Assembly: GCF_004010195.1 (NCBI RefSeq)
Contig: NC_057720.1
Coordinates: forward strand, 19,274,965 to 19,323,465
Length of the DNA stretch: 48,501 nucleotides
Source of the DNA: Chiloscyllium plagiosum
Lineage: Eukaryota
Direction: 5' to 3'
The stretch's first letter is position 1. Each line of letters starts with the position of its first letter. Below are positions 25,792-37,554 of the stretch, one piece after another. A model generated the notes under the pieces. It was not told the DNA's origin and ran no database searches. It worked only from the letters and a program-made list of their open reading frames with translations. A program made the translations under genes and the position numbers.

Positions 25792-25995
25792 AGAAAGTGA
25801 GGACTGCAGATGCTGGAGATCAGAGCTGAAAGTGTGTTGCTGGAAAAGCGCAGCAGGTCAGGCAGCATCCAAGGAACAGGAGAATCGATGTTTCGGGAAT
25901 GAGCCCCTCTTCAGGAAAGGGCATGAGCCCTTCTTTCCTGAAGAAGGGCTCATGCCTGAAACGTCGATTCTCTTACTCCTTGGATGCTGCCTGAC
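25792..25995. mobile_element. Family A fold-back insertion with hammerhead motifs on both strands, inside an old CR1
   Basis: 15-bp perfect TSD CTGCACTAGTTTAGG at 25777-25791 and 25996-26010. Confidence 0.75.
25936..25967 (+). ncRNA. Minimal hammerhead ribozyme motif (family A)
   Basis: UC-CUGAAGA-A-GGGC-UCAU-GCCU-GAAA-CG-UC-GA: palindromic ACGU stem III, GUC cleavage triplet, only 2-bp stem I. Confidence 0.6.
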
Positions 25996-26778
25996 CTGCA
26001 CTAGTTTAGGGTCAACCTTTCCTTGTATAACAACCCATTTACCCCAGGAATTATCCAAGGGAACCTTCTCTGAACTGCTTCCAATGCAAGGGTCTCACTC
26101 CCCAAATAAGGGGTTCCGAACTGTATGCATTACTTCAGAGACTGGAGGTTGGCTAATGTGGCGCCATTATTTAAGAAAGGTGATAAGGACAAGCCAGGGA
26201 ACTATAGACTGGTGAGCCTGACCTCGATGGTGGGCAAGTTGTTGGAGGAAATCCTGAGTGACAGGATGTACATGTATTTAGAAAGGCAAGGACTGATTAG
26301 GGATAGTCAACATGGCTTTGTGCGTGGGAAATCATGTCTCACAAACTTGTTTGAGTTTTTTGAAGAAGATCTCCAATATCTGCAGTACTCACTTTCTTCT
26401 CCTGGACCATTAATCCACATGAAAGGGTTCTTAAAGGATTTACAAGGATGTTGCCAGGTTTGGAGGATTTGAGCTACAGGGAGAAACTGAATAGGCTTGG
26501 GACTGTTTTCCCTGGAGCGTTGAAGGGTGACCTCATGGAGGTTTATAAGATCATGAGGGGCATGGATAGGATAAATAGGCAAAGTCATTTCCCTGGGGTG
26601 GGGAGTCCAGAACTAGAGGGCATAGGTTTAGGGTGAGAGGGGAAAGATATAAAAGCGACATGAGGGGCAGCTTTTTCACGCAGAGGGTGATGGAGGCTGG
26701 TATCATTGCATTATTTAAAAGGCATCTGGATGGGTATATGAATAGGAAGGATTTAGAGGGATATGGGCCAAGTGCTGT

Positions 26779-27054
26779 TAAACGGGACTAGATTAGGTTG
26801 GGATAGCTGGTCGGCATGGACAAGTAGAAACAAAGGGTCTGTTTCTATGCTGTACATCCATATGACTTTATGACTGTAAGTAACGGAGAGGATTGATGAG
26901 GGCAGAGCGGTAGGTGTAAACGGGACTAGATTAGGTTGGGATAGCTGGTCGGCATGGACAAGTAGAAACAAAGGGTCTGTTTCTATGCTGTACATCCATA
27001 TGACTTTATGACTGTAAGTAACAGAGAGGATTGATGAGGGCAGAGCGGTAGATG
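26779..27054. repeat. 138-bp tandem duplication (2 copies)
   Basis: 26779-26916 and 26917-27054 differ at about 2 positions. Confidence 0.95.
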
Positions 27055-27268
27055 TGATCTGTATGGACTTCAGTAAGGCGTCCAACAAGGTTCCCCATGG
27101 GAGACTGGTTAGCAAGGTTAGATCTCATGGAATACAGGGTGAACTAGCCATTTGGATACAGAACTGGCTCAAAGGTAGGAGACAGAGAGTGGTTGTGGTG
27201 GGTTGTTTTTCAGACTGGAGGCCTGTGACCAGTGGAGTGCCACAAGGATCAGTGCTGGGTCCTCTACT

Positions 27269-28800
27269 TTTCATCATTTACATAAATGATTTGTTTTGAG
27301 CATAAGAGGTACAGTTAGTAAGTTTGTAGATGACACCAAAATTGGAGGTATAGTGGACAGGATTTGGACCAGATGGGCCAATGGGGTGAGGAGTTGCAGA
27401 TGGAGTTTAATTTAGATAAATGTGAAGTGCTGCATTTTGGGAAATCAAATCTTGGCAGGACTTTTACACTTAATGGTAAGGTTCTAGGGAGTGTTGCTAA
27501 ACAAAGAGACCTTGGAGTGCAGGTTCATAGCTCATTGAAAGTGGATTCACAGGTAGATAGGATAGTGAAGAAGGCGTTTCGTGTGCTTTCCTTCATTGGT
27601 CAGAGTATTGAGTACAGGAGTAGGGAGGTCATGTTGTGGCTGTACAGGATATTGGTTCAGCCACTTTTGAAATATTGCGTGCACTCTCTCTCTCTCTCCT
27701 CCCTTTGCACTAGGCCTGCTTCCTCCAGATACCATTAAAATTCCCAGCCTCGAAAAACACAGAAACTGACGCGAGAGAATGAGAGAGAGAGAGAGAGAGA
27801 CAGGCCCCAGTGTTAAAGCCAGCGCCCTCTCTGGACTCCAGTAGGCTGTTACACAGCCATATACACACACACAGAGTGTTGGAGAAACTCAGCAGATCTG
27901 GGGGGGAGGTTTGCAGAATGCTGGGAGAACCCAACAGATCTGGCAGAGAGAGAGAGAGAAAGAGAGTCATAGAGGTGTACATCACACAAATAGACCCTTC
28001 GATCCAGATTCTAAATTATTCGAGTCCCATTTGGCACTTATCCCTCTCAACCCTTCCTCTTCATGCAGATGTACAGCACAGAAACAGACCCTTCGGCCCA
28101 ACCCGTCCATGCCGACCCAGATGTCCTAAACTAATCTCGTCCCATTTGCCAGCACTTGGCCCATATCCCTCTAAACTCTTCCATGTTCATTTCCCCGTCC
28201 ATAGTGTCACAGAGATGTACAGCACGGAAACAGACCCGACAGCCCAACTTGGCCATGCCAACCAGGTATCCCAACCTAACCTAGTCCCACCTGCCAGCAC
28301 CCGGCCCATCTCCTTCCAAACCCTTCCTCTTCATGACCACAGCGAGCATAAGAGGTACAGTTAGTAAGTTTGCAGATGACACCAATTTCATCATTTACAT
28401 AAATGATTTGTTTTGAGCATAAGAGGTACAGTTAGTAAGTTTGCAGATGACACCAAAATTGGAGGTATAGTGGACAGGATTTGGACCAGATGGGCCAATG
28501 GGCTGAGGAGTTGCAGATGGAGTTTAATTTAGATAAATGTGAAGTGCTGCATTTTGGGAAATCAAATCTTGGCAGGACTTTTACACTTAATGGTAAGGTT
28601 CTAGGGAGTGTTGCTAAACAAAGAGACCTTGGAGTGCAGGTTCATAGCTCATTGAAAGTGGATTCACAGGTAGATAGGATAGTGAAGAAGGCGTTTCGTG
28701 TGCTTTCCTTCATTGGTCAGAGTATTGAGTACAGGAGTAGGGAGGTCATGTTGTGGCTGTACAGGATATTGGTTCAGCCACTTTTGAAATATTGCGTGCA
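27269..28800. repeat. 415-bp direct duplication (27269-27683 and 28386-28800) with a 702-bp spacer
   Basis: Constant offset of 1117; two mismatches seen by eye. Confidence 0.95.
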
Positions 28801-30166
28801 ATTCTGGTCTCCTTCCTATCGGAGGGATGTTGTGAAACTTGAAAGGGTTCAGAAAAGATTTACAAGGATGTTACAAAATGTCCTGCTGACCAATGTATGT
28901 TAACTCAGCCACATTAGGGGCATTTAAACAGTCCTTGGATAAGCATATGGATGATGATGGGATAGTGTAGGGAGACAGGTTCACAGGTTGGCTCAACATC
29001 AAGGGGCAAAGGGCCTGTTCTGCATTGTATTGTTCTATGTTGCCAGGGTTGGAGGATTTGAGCTGTAGGGAGAGATTGAATAGGCTAGGGCTGATTTCCC
29101 TGGAGCTTTGGAGGCTGAGGGATGACCTTACAGAAGTTTATAAAATCGTGAGGGGCACAGATGGGGTAAATAGACAAGGTCCTTTCCCTGGGATGGGGAA
29201 TCAGAATTAGAGGGCATAGGTTTAGGGTGAGAGGGGAAAGATATAAAAGAGACTTAAGGGGCAACGTTTTCACGCAGAGGGTGGTGCGTGTATGGAATGA
29301 GCTGCCAGAGGAAGTGGTGGAGGCTGGTACAATTGCAACATTTAAAAGGTATTTGAATGGGTATATGAATAGGAAGGGTTTGGAGTGATATGGGCCATGT
29401 GATGGCAGGTGGAACTAGATTGCGTTGGGATATCTGGTCAGCATGGATGAGTTGTTTCCATGCTGTTCATTTCTATGACTCTACGTGGTCTCACTGTGAC
29501 CTTGCTACAGTTGTAGCAAGACTTCCCTACTTTTATCTCCCTTGCACTACCAGCTGAATAACTTTCATCTGGATTAATAGCCTGAGGGGTAGATCTTGAT
29601 GGTGTGACATTGTGACTTTGGATGAATGTAAAGATTTCTACATTTAATTCCACTGGATCCACCCCTAACTCTCACCTGGGAGTCTGATTCAGTGACTGAA
29701 AACAAGGTTAAAATACTGTAGTCTGCTGCTTGAATCAAAAGGGTGGGCAACGTGGGAATCAAAGTGAATTAAAATGCTCCAGCTGTTAGAAATCTGAGCA
29801 AACTACTTCTGTCCCTGACTATAACAATAAAAATATGCAGTCAGTTGCCCTACTACATGCTGTTTTTCAAGGAGATTCAGCTGCCTGTAATGACTGTTTT
29901 CTTCATCAACAAACACAGGTGTGGTAAAATATACCCAGGCCTCAGCTTCAGAGAGTTGGAGTGCCTCCCTTTCAGCCGGCTGTGTGGTTATCTGATCTGT
30001 TATTTTAACTCCACAATTCTCACCCATTCATGTTGTACCTGCTCCACTTGATCAGAGGCTCACCCATCATTTCAACATCCACCATTACCAGGACCAGTGC
30101 TTCTGTGGCTGCAATATGCATTTGCTGCAGAAATCAGTGCAGCAACTCACCGAATAAGGCACATTG

Positions 30167-30335
30167 TTGAAAATATGTTGCTGGAAAAGCGCAGCAGGTC
30201 AGGCAGCATCCAAGGAGCAGGATGCCCGAAGCGTCGATTCTCCTGCTCCTTGGATGCTGCCTGACCTGCTGCGCTTTTCCAGCAACACATTTTCAGCTCT
30301 GATCTCCAGCATCTGCAGTCCTCACTTTCTCCTAA
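30167..30335. mobile_element. Family A fold-back insertion
   Basis: 14-bp perfect TSD AATAAGGCACATTG at 30153-30166 and 30336-30349; inverted arms. Confidence 0.75.
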
Positions 30336-30674
30336 AATAAGGCACATTGCCTTACGTTTTACTGTCTTATATTCAAGGCTCAGACAGACAGATTTTTGAT
30401 CAGGAAGGGGTTTAAGGGATATAAGGAAAGTAGCTTGAGGATTATCAGCTCAGCCATGATCTCACTGAATGGCAGAGCAGACTCAACGGGCTGAATGGTC
30501 TCCTCTGTTTTCTACATCTTACGGTCTAACATTCCCCTGCAACTCACGCACCATGCTGGCTCATAAATATTTTGCATTCCTTCATCATCACTGGGCCACT
30601 ATCTTGGACCTCCTGTTTGACAGCACTGTGGAAACATATATGAAGGACTGGGGTATACAGTAGGGAGTTATGGT

Positions 30675-30985
30675 TAGATTAGATTCCCTACAGTGTGGAA
30701 ACAGGCCCTTCGGCCCAACCAGTCAACACCGACCCTCTAAAGAATAACTCACTCAGACCCATTCCCCTCTGACTAATGCACCTAACACTATGGTCAATTT
30801 AGCATGGCCAATTCACCTGCACATCTTTGGACTGTGGGAGGAAACCAGAGCACCCGGAGGAAACCCACACAGACACGGGGAGAATGTGCAAACTCCACAC
30901 AGAGAGTCACCCGAGGCTGGAATCGAACCTGGGTCCCTGGTGCTGTGAGGCAGCAGTGCTAACCACTGAGCCACCGCGCCACCCC
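30675..30985 (-). mobile_element. HE1-type V-SINE
   Basis: Well-preserved A and B boxes (GGTTCGATTCC) on the minus strand; (TCTAA)n tail. Confidence 0.85.
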
Positions 30986-31489
30986 AAATGATGACAGAAG
31001 ATACAAGGAACCTCAAGTGGAGCATAAATGGACTGCTTGAATCAAATTGCCAGTTTCTGTGTTATTTGTTCAAGGTAATCTAGGACTTACAATGTTATGT
31101 AACACATCAGGGAGAGAGACTATGTTTATACAGGTATTAAACAGAATCAGAAGCTGATGGCTCAAAACCAACAAAGTAACACCCCATCTATGTTCTTCAT
31201 GTGAAAGAACTTCCCAGAGTGTTTTATGAAAGGAACAGACAGTGTGTTAAGGATTTAAAGGGGGATACAAAAGACTCTGGTGTCCCTGTTACCAAAGTGT
31301 TGCCTTCATGTACAATGAGTCACTGATACCAATGTGCCTCATGTAAAGTATTGTGGGCAAATGTCTTTACAAAGATCTTTGAACACAGCGAGATGTATCA
31401 AAGATTAAACAGAATAGGAAGAGAATTGCAGAGGATTAAAGTTTAAAGGGAAGTTGGACAAGCAGAAATCCAGAGAATCGACTGGATAA

Positions 31490-31860
31490 AGAACTGAAAA
31501 CCAAAAAAATGCTGGAGAACACAGTGGGTCAGGCAGTATCCATGAAGAGAGAGCAAGCTAACGTTTCATTGTAATAGAAGCAGGAGCTGGCCATTTGGCC
31601 CATCGAGCCTGATCCGCCATTCATTAAGGTCATGGCTAAGTCAAATATCACACCAGGTTATAGTCCAACAGGTTTATTTGAAAGCGCAAGTTTTAAGTCT
31701 AGATGGCTCTTCATCAGAGCTGAAGAGAAGTATGGAGGGAGGCAGCATTTATGCAATGGGGGGGGGTGGGGGGAGCCGGGGAGAGGGGTGAAGTGCAGGG
31801 GGACTTTGATAGTTCAGATTAAGTGATCGGAATGTGTAAATGGCAGAACAATGAGGTGTC
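31490..31860. mobile_element. Nested Penelope-like termini and CR1 tail fragments
   Basis: A family C/D-like terminus is interrupted by a CR1 tail (about 31575-31640) and a family B piece (about 31645-31692); minus-strand CTGATGAAGAGCCATCTAGACTT at about 31695-31717. Confidence 0.45.
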
Positions 31861-32269
31861 AAACTGGAGTGGGGGAAGACATGGTGACAGAGAATGTAAG
31901 AAGCAAAGCTAAAAGATAGAGAAGGAATGGGTTCACAATTTGAAACACAGCTGAGAAAGCAAGTTTTGGCAAACACCTTGTGGAACAGCAGCAGTGAAAT
32001 GGAAAGCAATGAAGATGTGCATGGTGAAAGAGCCACTGGAATTCCTGTTGGCAGGACTGGGGAATGAATTCTCTAAAAGGGTACAATAATGCACAAGGGT
32101 TTAGGAAAACCGAGCAGCACCCTGAAAATGATTCTAACAAGGATAATACCAGAAGTTAAGCTGAGAGGAAAGTTATATAGTTGGGGTAGAGGGTGGTGGT
32201 GGTGGTGGTGGGGGGCGGGGGGAGGAAAAGAGGAAGCTGAGGCATGATACTTTAGAAATACCTGAGCAA

Positions 32270-33365
32270 GTCAGGAGGAACCAGGGTAAGACTCTCCACT
32301 GGCTGGAGTCATACTTGGCACAGTTGGCGCTGTTTGTGGTTGTTGGAGATCAATCATCTCAGCCTCAAGAACATCTACACAGGAGCTCCTCAGGTCCTAG
32401 ACCCAACCATCTTCAGCTGCTTCACCAAGAATTTCTCCTCCAACAGAAGGTCAGAAATAAGGATACTCACTGATGACTGCATAATGTTCAGCACCATTCA
32501 TATCTCCTCATATACATGTCCACATTCAGCAAGACCTGAACAACATTGAGGCTTGGGCTGATAAATAATAAATAGGAGAAAGTGAGGGAAATCAGAGGAA
32601 GGGCTTATGCCTGAAACATCAACTGTCCTGCTCCCGGATGCTGTCTGACCTGCTGTGCTTTTCCAGCATCACACTTTTCAATTCCCATAAACAACAAGTG
32701 TCATTCACAGCACAGATGTACCAGGCAAAGGAAAAATCCAACCATTACCCCTTGACATTCAATGGATTACCATCACTGAATCCTCCACTTTCAATACCCA
32801 GAGGCTACCATTGACCAGAAAATGAACTGGGCCAGGGGGATAAATACTGTAGCCACTGCAGCAGGTCAGACACTGGAAAACCTGCCAGTAAGTGACTTAT
32901 CTCGTGACTACCCGAAGTATGGCAATGATCTACAGGTCACAAGTCAGGAATGGACTGGAGTACTCTTCATTTGCCCAGAGGACAGCAGCTCCAAATACAC
33001 TCCAAAATAAAATCAACACCATCCAAACTAAAGCAGCTCACTTCATCAGCCACCTTAAATATTCTCACCCTCCACCACTGTAGCATCAATGTGCAACAAG
33101 ATGCCCTCAAGCAACTGGTGAAAGCTTAATTTGCTGCACATTCAAAACTCAATAGCTCTACCACCCAGAAGTTCACTCTTAAACTCAAAACCTTAGAACT
33201 ATATCATTGTCCCTTTACTGTCATTGCGTCAAGATCCTAAAAATCCCTCCCTAACAGCACTGGGTAATACCTACACAACATGGACATTTGCGAAGGCAGT
33301 TCAACTCACCTTCTCGGGGCAGTAAGAGAAGGGCAATAAATACTGGTGTTGCCCTGAATTAATAA
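32270..33365 (+). mobile_element. Second LINE family 3' fragment
   Basis: PTIFSCF..TDDCIMFS motif; tail CACCTTCTC..GGGCAATAAATACTGG. Confidence 0.8.
32574..32682 (+). mobile_element. Family A terminus inserted in a LINE fragment
   Basis: AGGAGAAAGTGAGG stub, then GAAGGGCTTATGCCTGAAACATC and the family A tail. Confidence 0.55.
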
Positions 33366-34936
33366 AATTCGAACAGTACACCCTGGATACTGTCCTCATA
33401 ATAATTTAAAACCATTCTTCACAGTGGAGTTAATTACTCATCATTTTAGCCAGAAATGCTTTTGTTCCAATATTGACCTCATTATGAAGTAATGTATGTG
33501 TTTCAGTTCAACAAAGCTATCTGGGAAAGTGCACATCCTCCATTAGGCTGTCTATCGGACAATCTCTGTTTCCACCCTGGTCCTGTGTCATTATGAGAGT
33601 TTATATCGAAACCTTAAACAGTTTATCTGGGTCTCTCCCTTCCGGCCACTCTAGACTAAAACTATGCTGGAACTTTCCTTCATTTCTTCCACTCGCACAG
33701 AGCTTTCAAACCGCAAATCCCAATGCGAAAGAAAATTCTTCTGAGCGCGATATTTTCTTTGTGCGGCTGGGAACGGTTCAGAAAGACCCACATGAAACAC
33801 AGAGCGGTTTCCCACACAGACTCTCTCGGACTGACATAACACACCTCGGGGTTTTTTTTGGAATTTAGCTCAACTGAGATTTTCAAAGTGGGGGGGAGGT
33901 GTTGGTTATTATTTTCATGTGCTGTGGCTTTTTTCGATTTTTGAGAGATGAAGGTGATTCACATCAACATAGGACGAACAGCCCAGGCTGTGGGGTGAGT
34001 CAAGGACGGGACGTGAGGCACATTCATTCCCCCTGCCTGTAGGGGTGGACCCTTGTACACATCCTCTCGGGGTCTGAGGGAGGGGGGAAGATACTGGGGA
34101 GCAGTTTCCCAGCTTGCGTTGGGCCGCTTGCAGAGATAGCGTGTCTCCTGCCCAAATCACACCCGGCCTTAGGACTCTCTTCAGGAGTTTTGCTGCTCCC
34201 GCTTCCAGACTGAGAATGCAACAATCTCCATCAATACCCAGCTCCCAACCCGGAAAATCACGAGTTGCACCGACAAGACACGAGTCTCAAGGATTATTGC
34301 CCATGAATCACAGGGTTCCGTTGGAAGATGGACCAATGCCGTTCAGCTTTCGACCAGAAAAAAAAAACATCTTTATTTTTAAACGATTGAGTGTGTTTCT
34401 TTTAAAGTTTACATATGGTGCGGGGGTTATTTTTAGTTCATTCCTTAGCAAGACGGTTGGCTGGGCCCAGACCCCGATCCAACACTAATAATACCCTCAA
34501 GGCACAGGAACTGGCTCACAGCTAAATGGAAAGTTCCCATGACAACCTCTCGAGTTATTTTAAGTATTAAAGCCTGATGCCAAACTGAGGAAGAGCACAT
34601 TGCTTAATACCGTACAGCTGAACCAAACTCCGTGAGTCTAATGTCACACACTTAACAAAATAAAAACAAAATTCGAGCTAACAGGTACATTTGAATAGAA
34701 CCTCCTTCAGGGGGAGCGCCGGGTTAGTAGGAAATTTAAAACTTTACACAGACCATAACTTCATTCATAAAACCATTCCTGTCTGTATTCACACAATGAT
34801 AATGTCTCAGCTGTTATTCCAGAGACGTGAAGCGTGGGATCTGTAAACCTTATGCTGGTACAAATATATGTTTTTTTTCCAAGTTTCATCAGGAATAGCC
34901 CGGTCTGGTTGACCTGTAGAAATGTAATGTACATAC

Positions 34937-35017
34937 CTTGACTCCAATGTAGGAGCTCCGATAGAAACAGCACAGGGCTGCCGACAGAGCTCTTAAAACA
35001 CTGCATCTCTCTGTCAT
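34937..35017 (-). CDS. BCAR3: BCAR3-type adaptor, first coding exon of the short isoform (MTERCSVLRALSAALCCFYRSSYIGVK); absent from the ORF track
   Basis: ATG at 35017-35015 with A at -3; 27 codons; donor AAG|GTATGT, phase 0. The peptide resembles the recalled alternative N-termini of human BCAR3 (..ALSAALCCFY..IGVK) and SH2D3C (MTERCS..CCFY), which splice onto the FSK exon. Confidence 0.9.
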
Positions 35018-35411
35018 TTTGACGGTATGATGTCCGCTATTTTTGTTTGGAAAAACAAAAACGCACACGGAGGAAAAGACGGTTGCCAGGACACCGGGTT
35101 AAAACACCACAGAGGATTTCACAGGGGATGGTAAGTCCATCACTGGGTCGCGAACTGACAGCTCCCCGTAATGAGCAGAGCTCTCCTTAAGCGCTCGCTG
35201 CTTGCTGAGAGCTCAGGGAGTCAGCCTGTGGGGTCCCGCACTGGCCATGTATGGAGAGAGAGAGAGAGAGAGCTGGACTGACAAACAAATCGCGCTCTCC
35301 ACTCACTGGAGACAGCCAGCCCCCTTTGCAGAGTCGCTGGAAGCTCAGAGCAAGACGTCAGCTCGCCAGCACTCCCTCCCTCTGTCCCGGGGGAGTTAGG
35401 ATGCACCTTAC

Positions 35412-35423
35412 CTGGATCACCAT
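35412..35423 (-). CDS. Candidate alternative first exon, coding part MVIQ
   Basis: GCCATGG strong Kozak; in-frame upstream TAG; strong donor CAG|GTAAGG; phase 0 compatible with the exon at 15638. Confidence 0.45.
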
Positions 35424-36219
35424 GGCTGTACCCCTCTTATTAATCCCCCTGGAGGGACAGTGCTCTGGCGCCTATTGAGAGAAGCCAGTCCCGTCGCCAG
35501 CTGAGAACCGAAAGTTGAGTGGGAATAGCCATGGACCTGCGTTCTGAATCATTTACTCATCCGAAAAATGCAGATCACGCCTTACCCAGAGCATCGTCCC
35601 GTTAATGAAATGTGACTCCCGGCTAAATTGCCAACTGTACGTGTTTGAATGAATCATAGGAATAAAAGCATTAAAACTCGACCCTTGTTTTAAAAGCTGT
35701 AAGCAGAACGAACTCTCCTGAAGACGATGACTGTTAAGATCAATTAAAACCCGTCAAACTCTACATTTTCTTTAGATTGATTACCAAAACAGGAACTTCA
35801 GGACCCCGGGGTGGGGAAGAATGGGTATCAGCCCATCTCCAATTACACAACATGCTCATGGAAACTTAGATTTTAAAAATGGGGCATATATTTAAAATAA
35901 TTAGCCAGAGAAGCAAAGAGGATATGAAAGAGAAAACAAAACACATAGCTAGTAATGAAGGTCTGGAATGTACTCTCTCTGAGTGTGCTGGAGACAGGTT
36001 TACTGATAACACCCAAATAGAGACTGTTTTCTGAAAAGGAAGAATATGCAGGTTATGGACAGAGAGCAGGGAGAATAGCGCCAGGTGAGTTGTTCCTTCA
36101 GAGAGCCAGGGAAGATAAGACAGGCTGAATAGCCTTCTACTGCACTGTATTAATCTGTCAATCTGTGAAGTAATAAGCCACTGTCCACAAGGGACCAGAG
36201 TTCCTGAGGTTTTTGTATC

Positions 36220-36852
36220 ATTTATTCATTCATTGGATGTGGGCATGGCTGGCTGGCCAGTATGTGTTGCCCCATTCCCAATAACCCTCGAGAAAGTCGG
36301 GGTGAGCTGCAGTTCATGTGCTGGAGTCACCTTCACAATGTAGTTAGGGAGGGAGTTCCAGGATTTTGACTCAGTAACATTGAGGGAACGGCAATATCTT
36401 TCCAAGTCAGGATGGTGAAAGGCTTGGAGGGGAACTTGCAGGGGGTAGTATTCCTGTCTATCTGCTGCCCTTGTCCTTCTAGTTGGAAGTGATCGTTGAT
36501 TTGGAAGGCGCTATCTAAAATGTCTTGGTGAATTTCTGCATGGCATCTTGTGGATGGTACACATTGCTGCTGCTAAGCTTCGGTGCAGGTGGGAGTGGAT
36601 GTTTGTGGATGTGGTGCCAAACAAGCAGGCTGCTTTATCCTGGATGGTGTCAAGTTTCTTCAATGTTATCAGAGCTGCACCCAACCAGGTAAGTGAGGAG
36701 TGTTCCATCATACTCCTGACTTGTGCCTTATCGATGGTGGCTAGGCTTTGGGGAGTCAGGTGGTGAATTATTTGCTGCAAGACTCTTAGCCTCTGACTTG
36801 CTCTTGCAACCACATTGTTTATATGACTAGTCCAGTTCAGTTTCTGGTTAAT
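36220..36852 (-). mobile_element. Second LINE family 3' fragment
   Basis: ORF 36511-36882 (LNWTSHIN..AQVRS.ME..KLDTIQDKAA) is LINE ORF2 C-terminal sequence. Confidence 0.8.
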
Positions 36853-37554
36853 GTGAATGAGTGTGTGTGTTACAATAATCAAGGGTTACTGATTATTTTC
36901 CCTCCAATTGTGCACTTACAGGGACTGACAGGCAACTGCTGTACTAGGATATATACAGCTCAAAGTGCATTCAATTATCCAGAAAACAATAAACATCCAC
37001 GCATTGTCTTTCTGATGCTGAAATGATTTTTGTTCCACTGTCCAACCAATCAGAAGTAAATCACCTCTGCTTGAAAAGCTTCTTCCTGATGTCTTACTTA
37101 AACCAACCTGCCGCCAGCTATAGACTATGCCTCTTGTTGTCCTGAAAATGGGTTAAGCTCAGTGGAGCACACACACCAGATTGACAAGTACTGCATTGTC
37201 ACATGTAATACCTTCTGGATGAGTTTCTCATTGCCTGTCTGAGTGCGTGTGAAAGGTAAGAGTGTTTTTCTTGGTGCAAGGTAAGAGCATTTTGCTTGGC
37301 AAATGGTGACCCTTCAATCAACATTATTAGAGGAAAAGAACCAGTCACTCTCTAATTACAGTTTATGGGATCTTGCCATGTAGAAATTGGCTGCTGTTTG
37401 CCTACATGACAACAATGGTGACATTTTAAAAGTAATTCATCCACTGTGAAGTCCTTTTGGGGAATTCTGTGAATGTGGAAGGTTCTATAAAATAACCATT
37501 GATCTATTAGTTTAGATCATACTGATTTGGACAAGTTGAACCAAAATTGTCACA

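Larger units (their letters stand above)
25255..26134 (-). mobile_element. Old CR1 3' fragment hosting younger Penelope-like insertions
   Basis: GCAGGAGTAAGCCATTTAGCCC tail and AGATCACCTCTCATTCTTC block. Confidence 0.6.
26135..29485 (+). mobile_element. Nested and rearranged CR1 (HER1-like) LINE ORF2 remnants
   Basis: RT/ORF2 peptides [48 protein letters not shown] and KCEVLHFG in broken frames; 3' tails ending CTATGACT. Confidence 0.9.
33600..35760 (-). promoter_or_regulatory. Repeat-poor, CpG-enriched putative promoter region around the short-isoform first exon
   Basis: Visibly more CpG than flanking DNA and no recognisable transposon over about 2 kb; contains the ATG exon, a (GA)n tract at about 35254-35272 and a CRE-like TGACGTCT at 35360-35353. 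Confidence 0.6.

Noticed and set aside
25832..26215. Recurrent MCCWKSAAGQAASKEQENR peptide (also at 30147 and 38208) as a small-protein family
   Set aside because: Incidental translation of the family A terminal repeat; no conserved start, stop or length.
26125..28903. ORFs of 81-184 aa as functional genes
   Set aside because: Frameshifted, stop-interrupted CR1 ORF2 remnants or read-through of the repeat mosaic.
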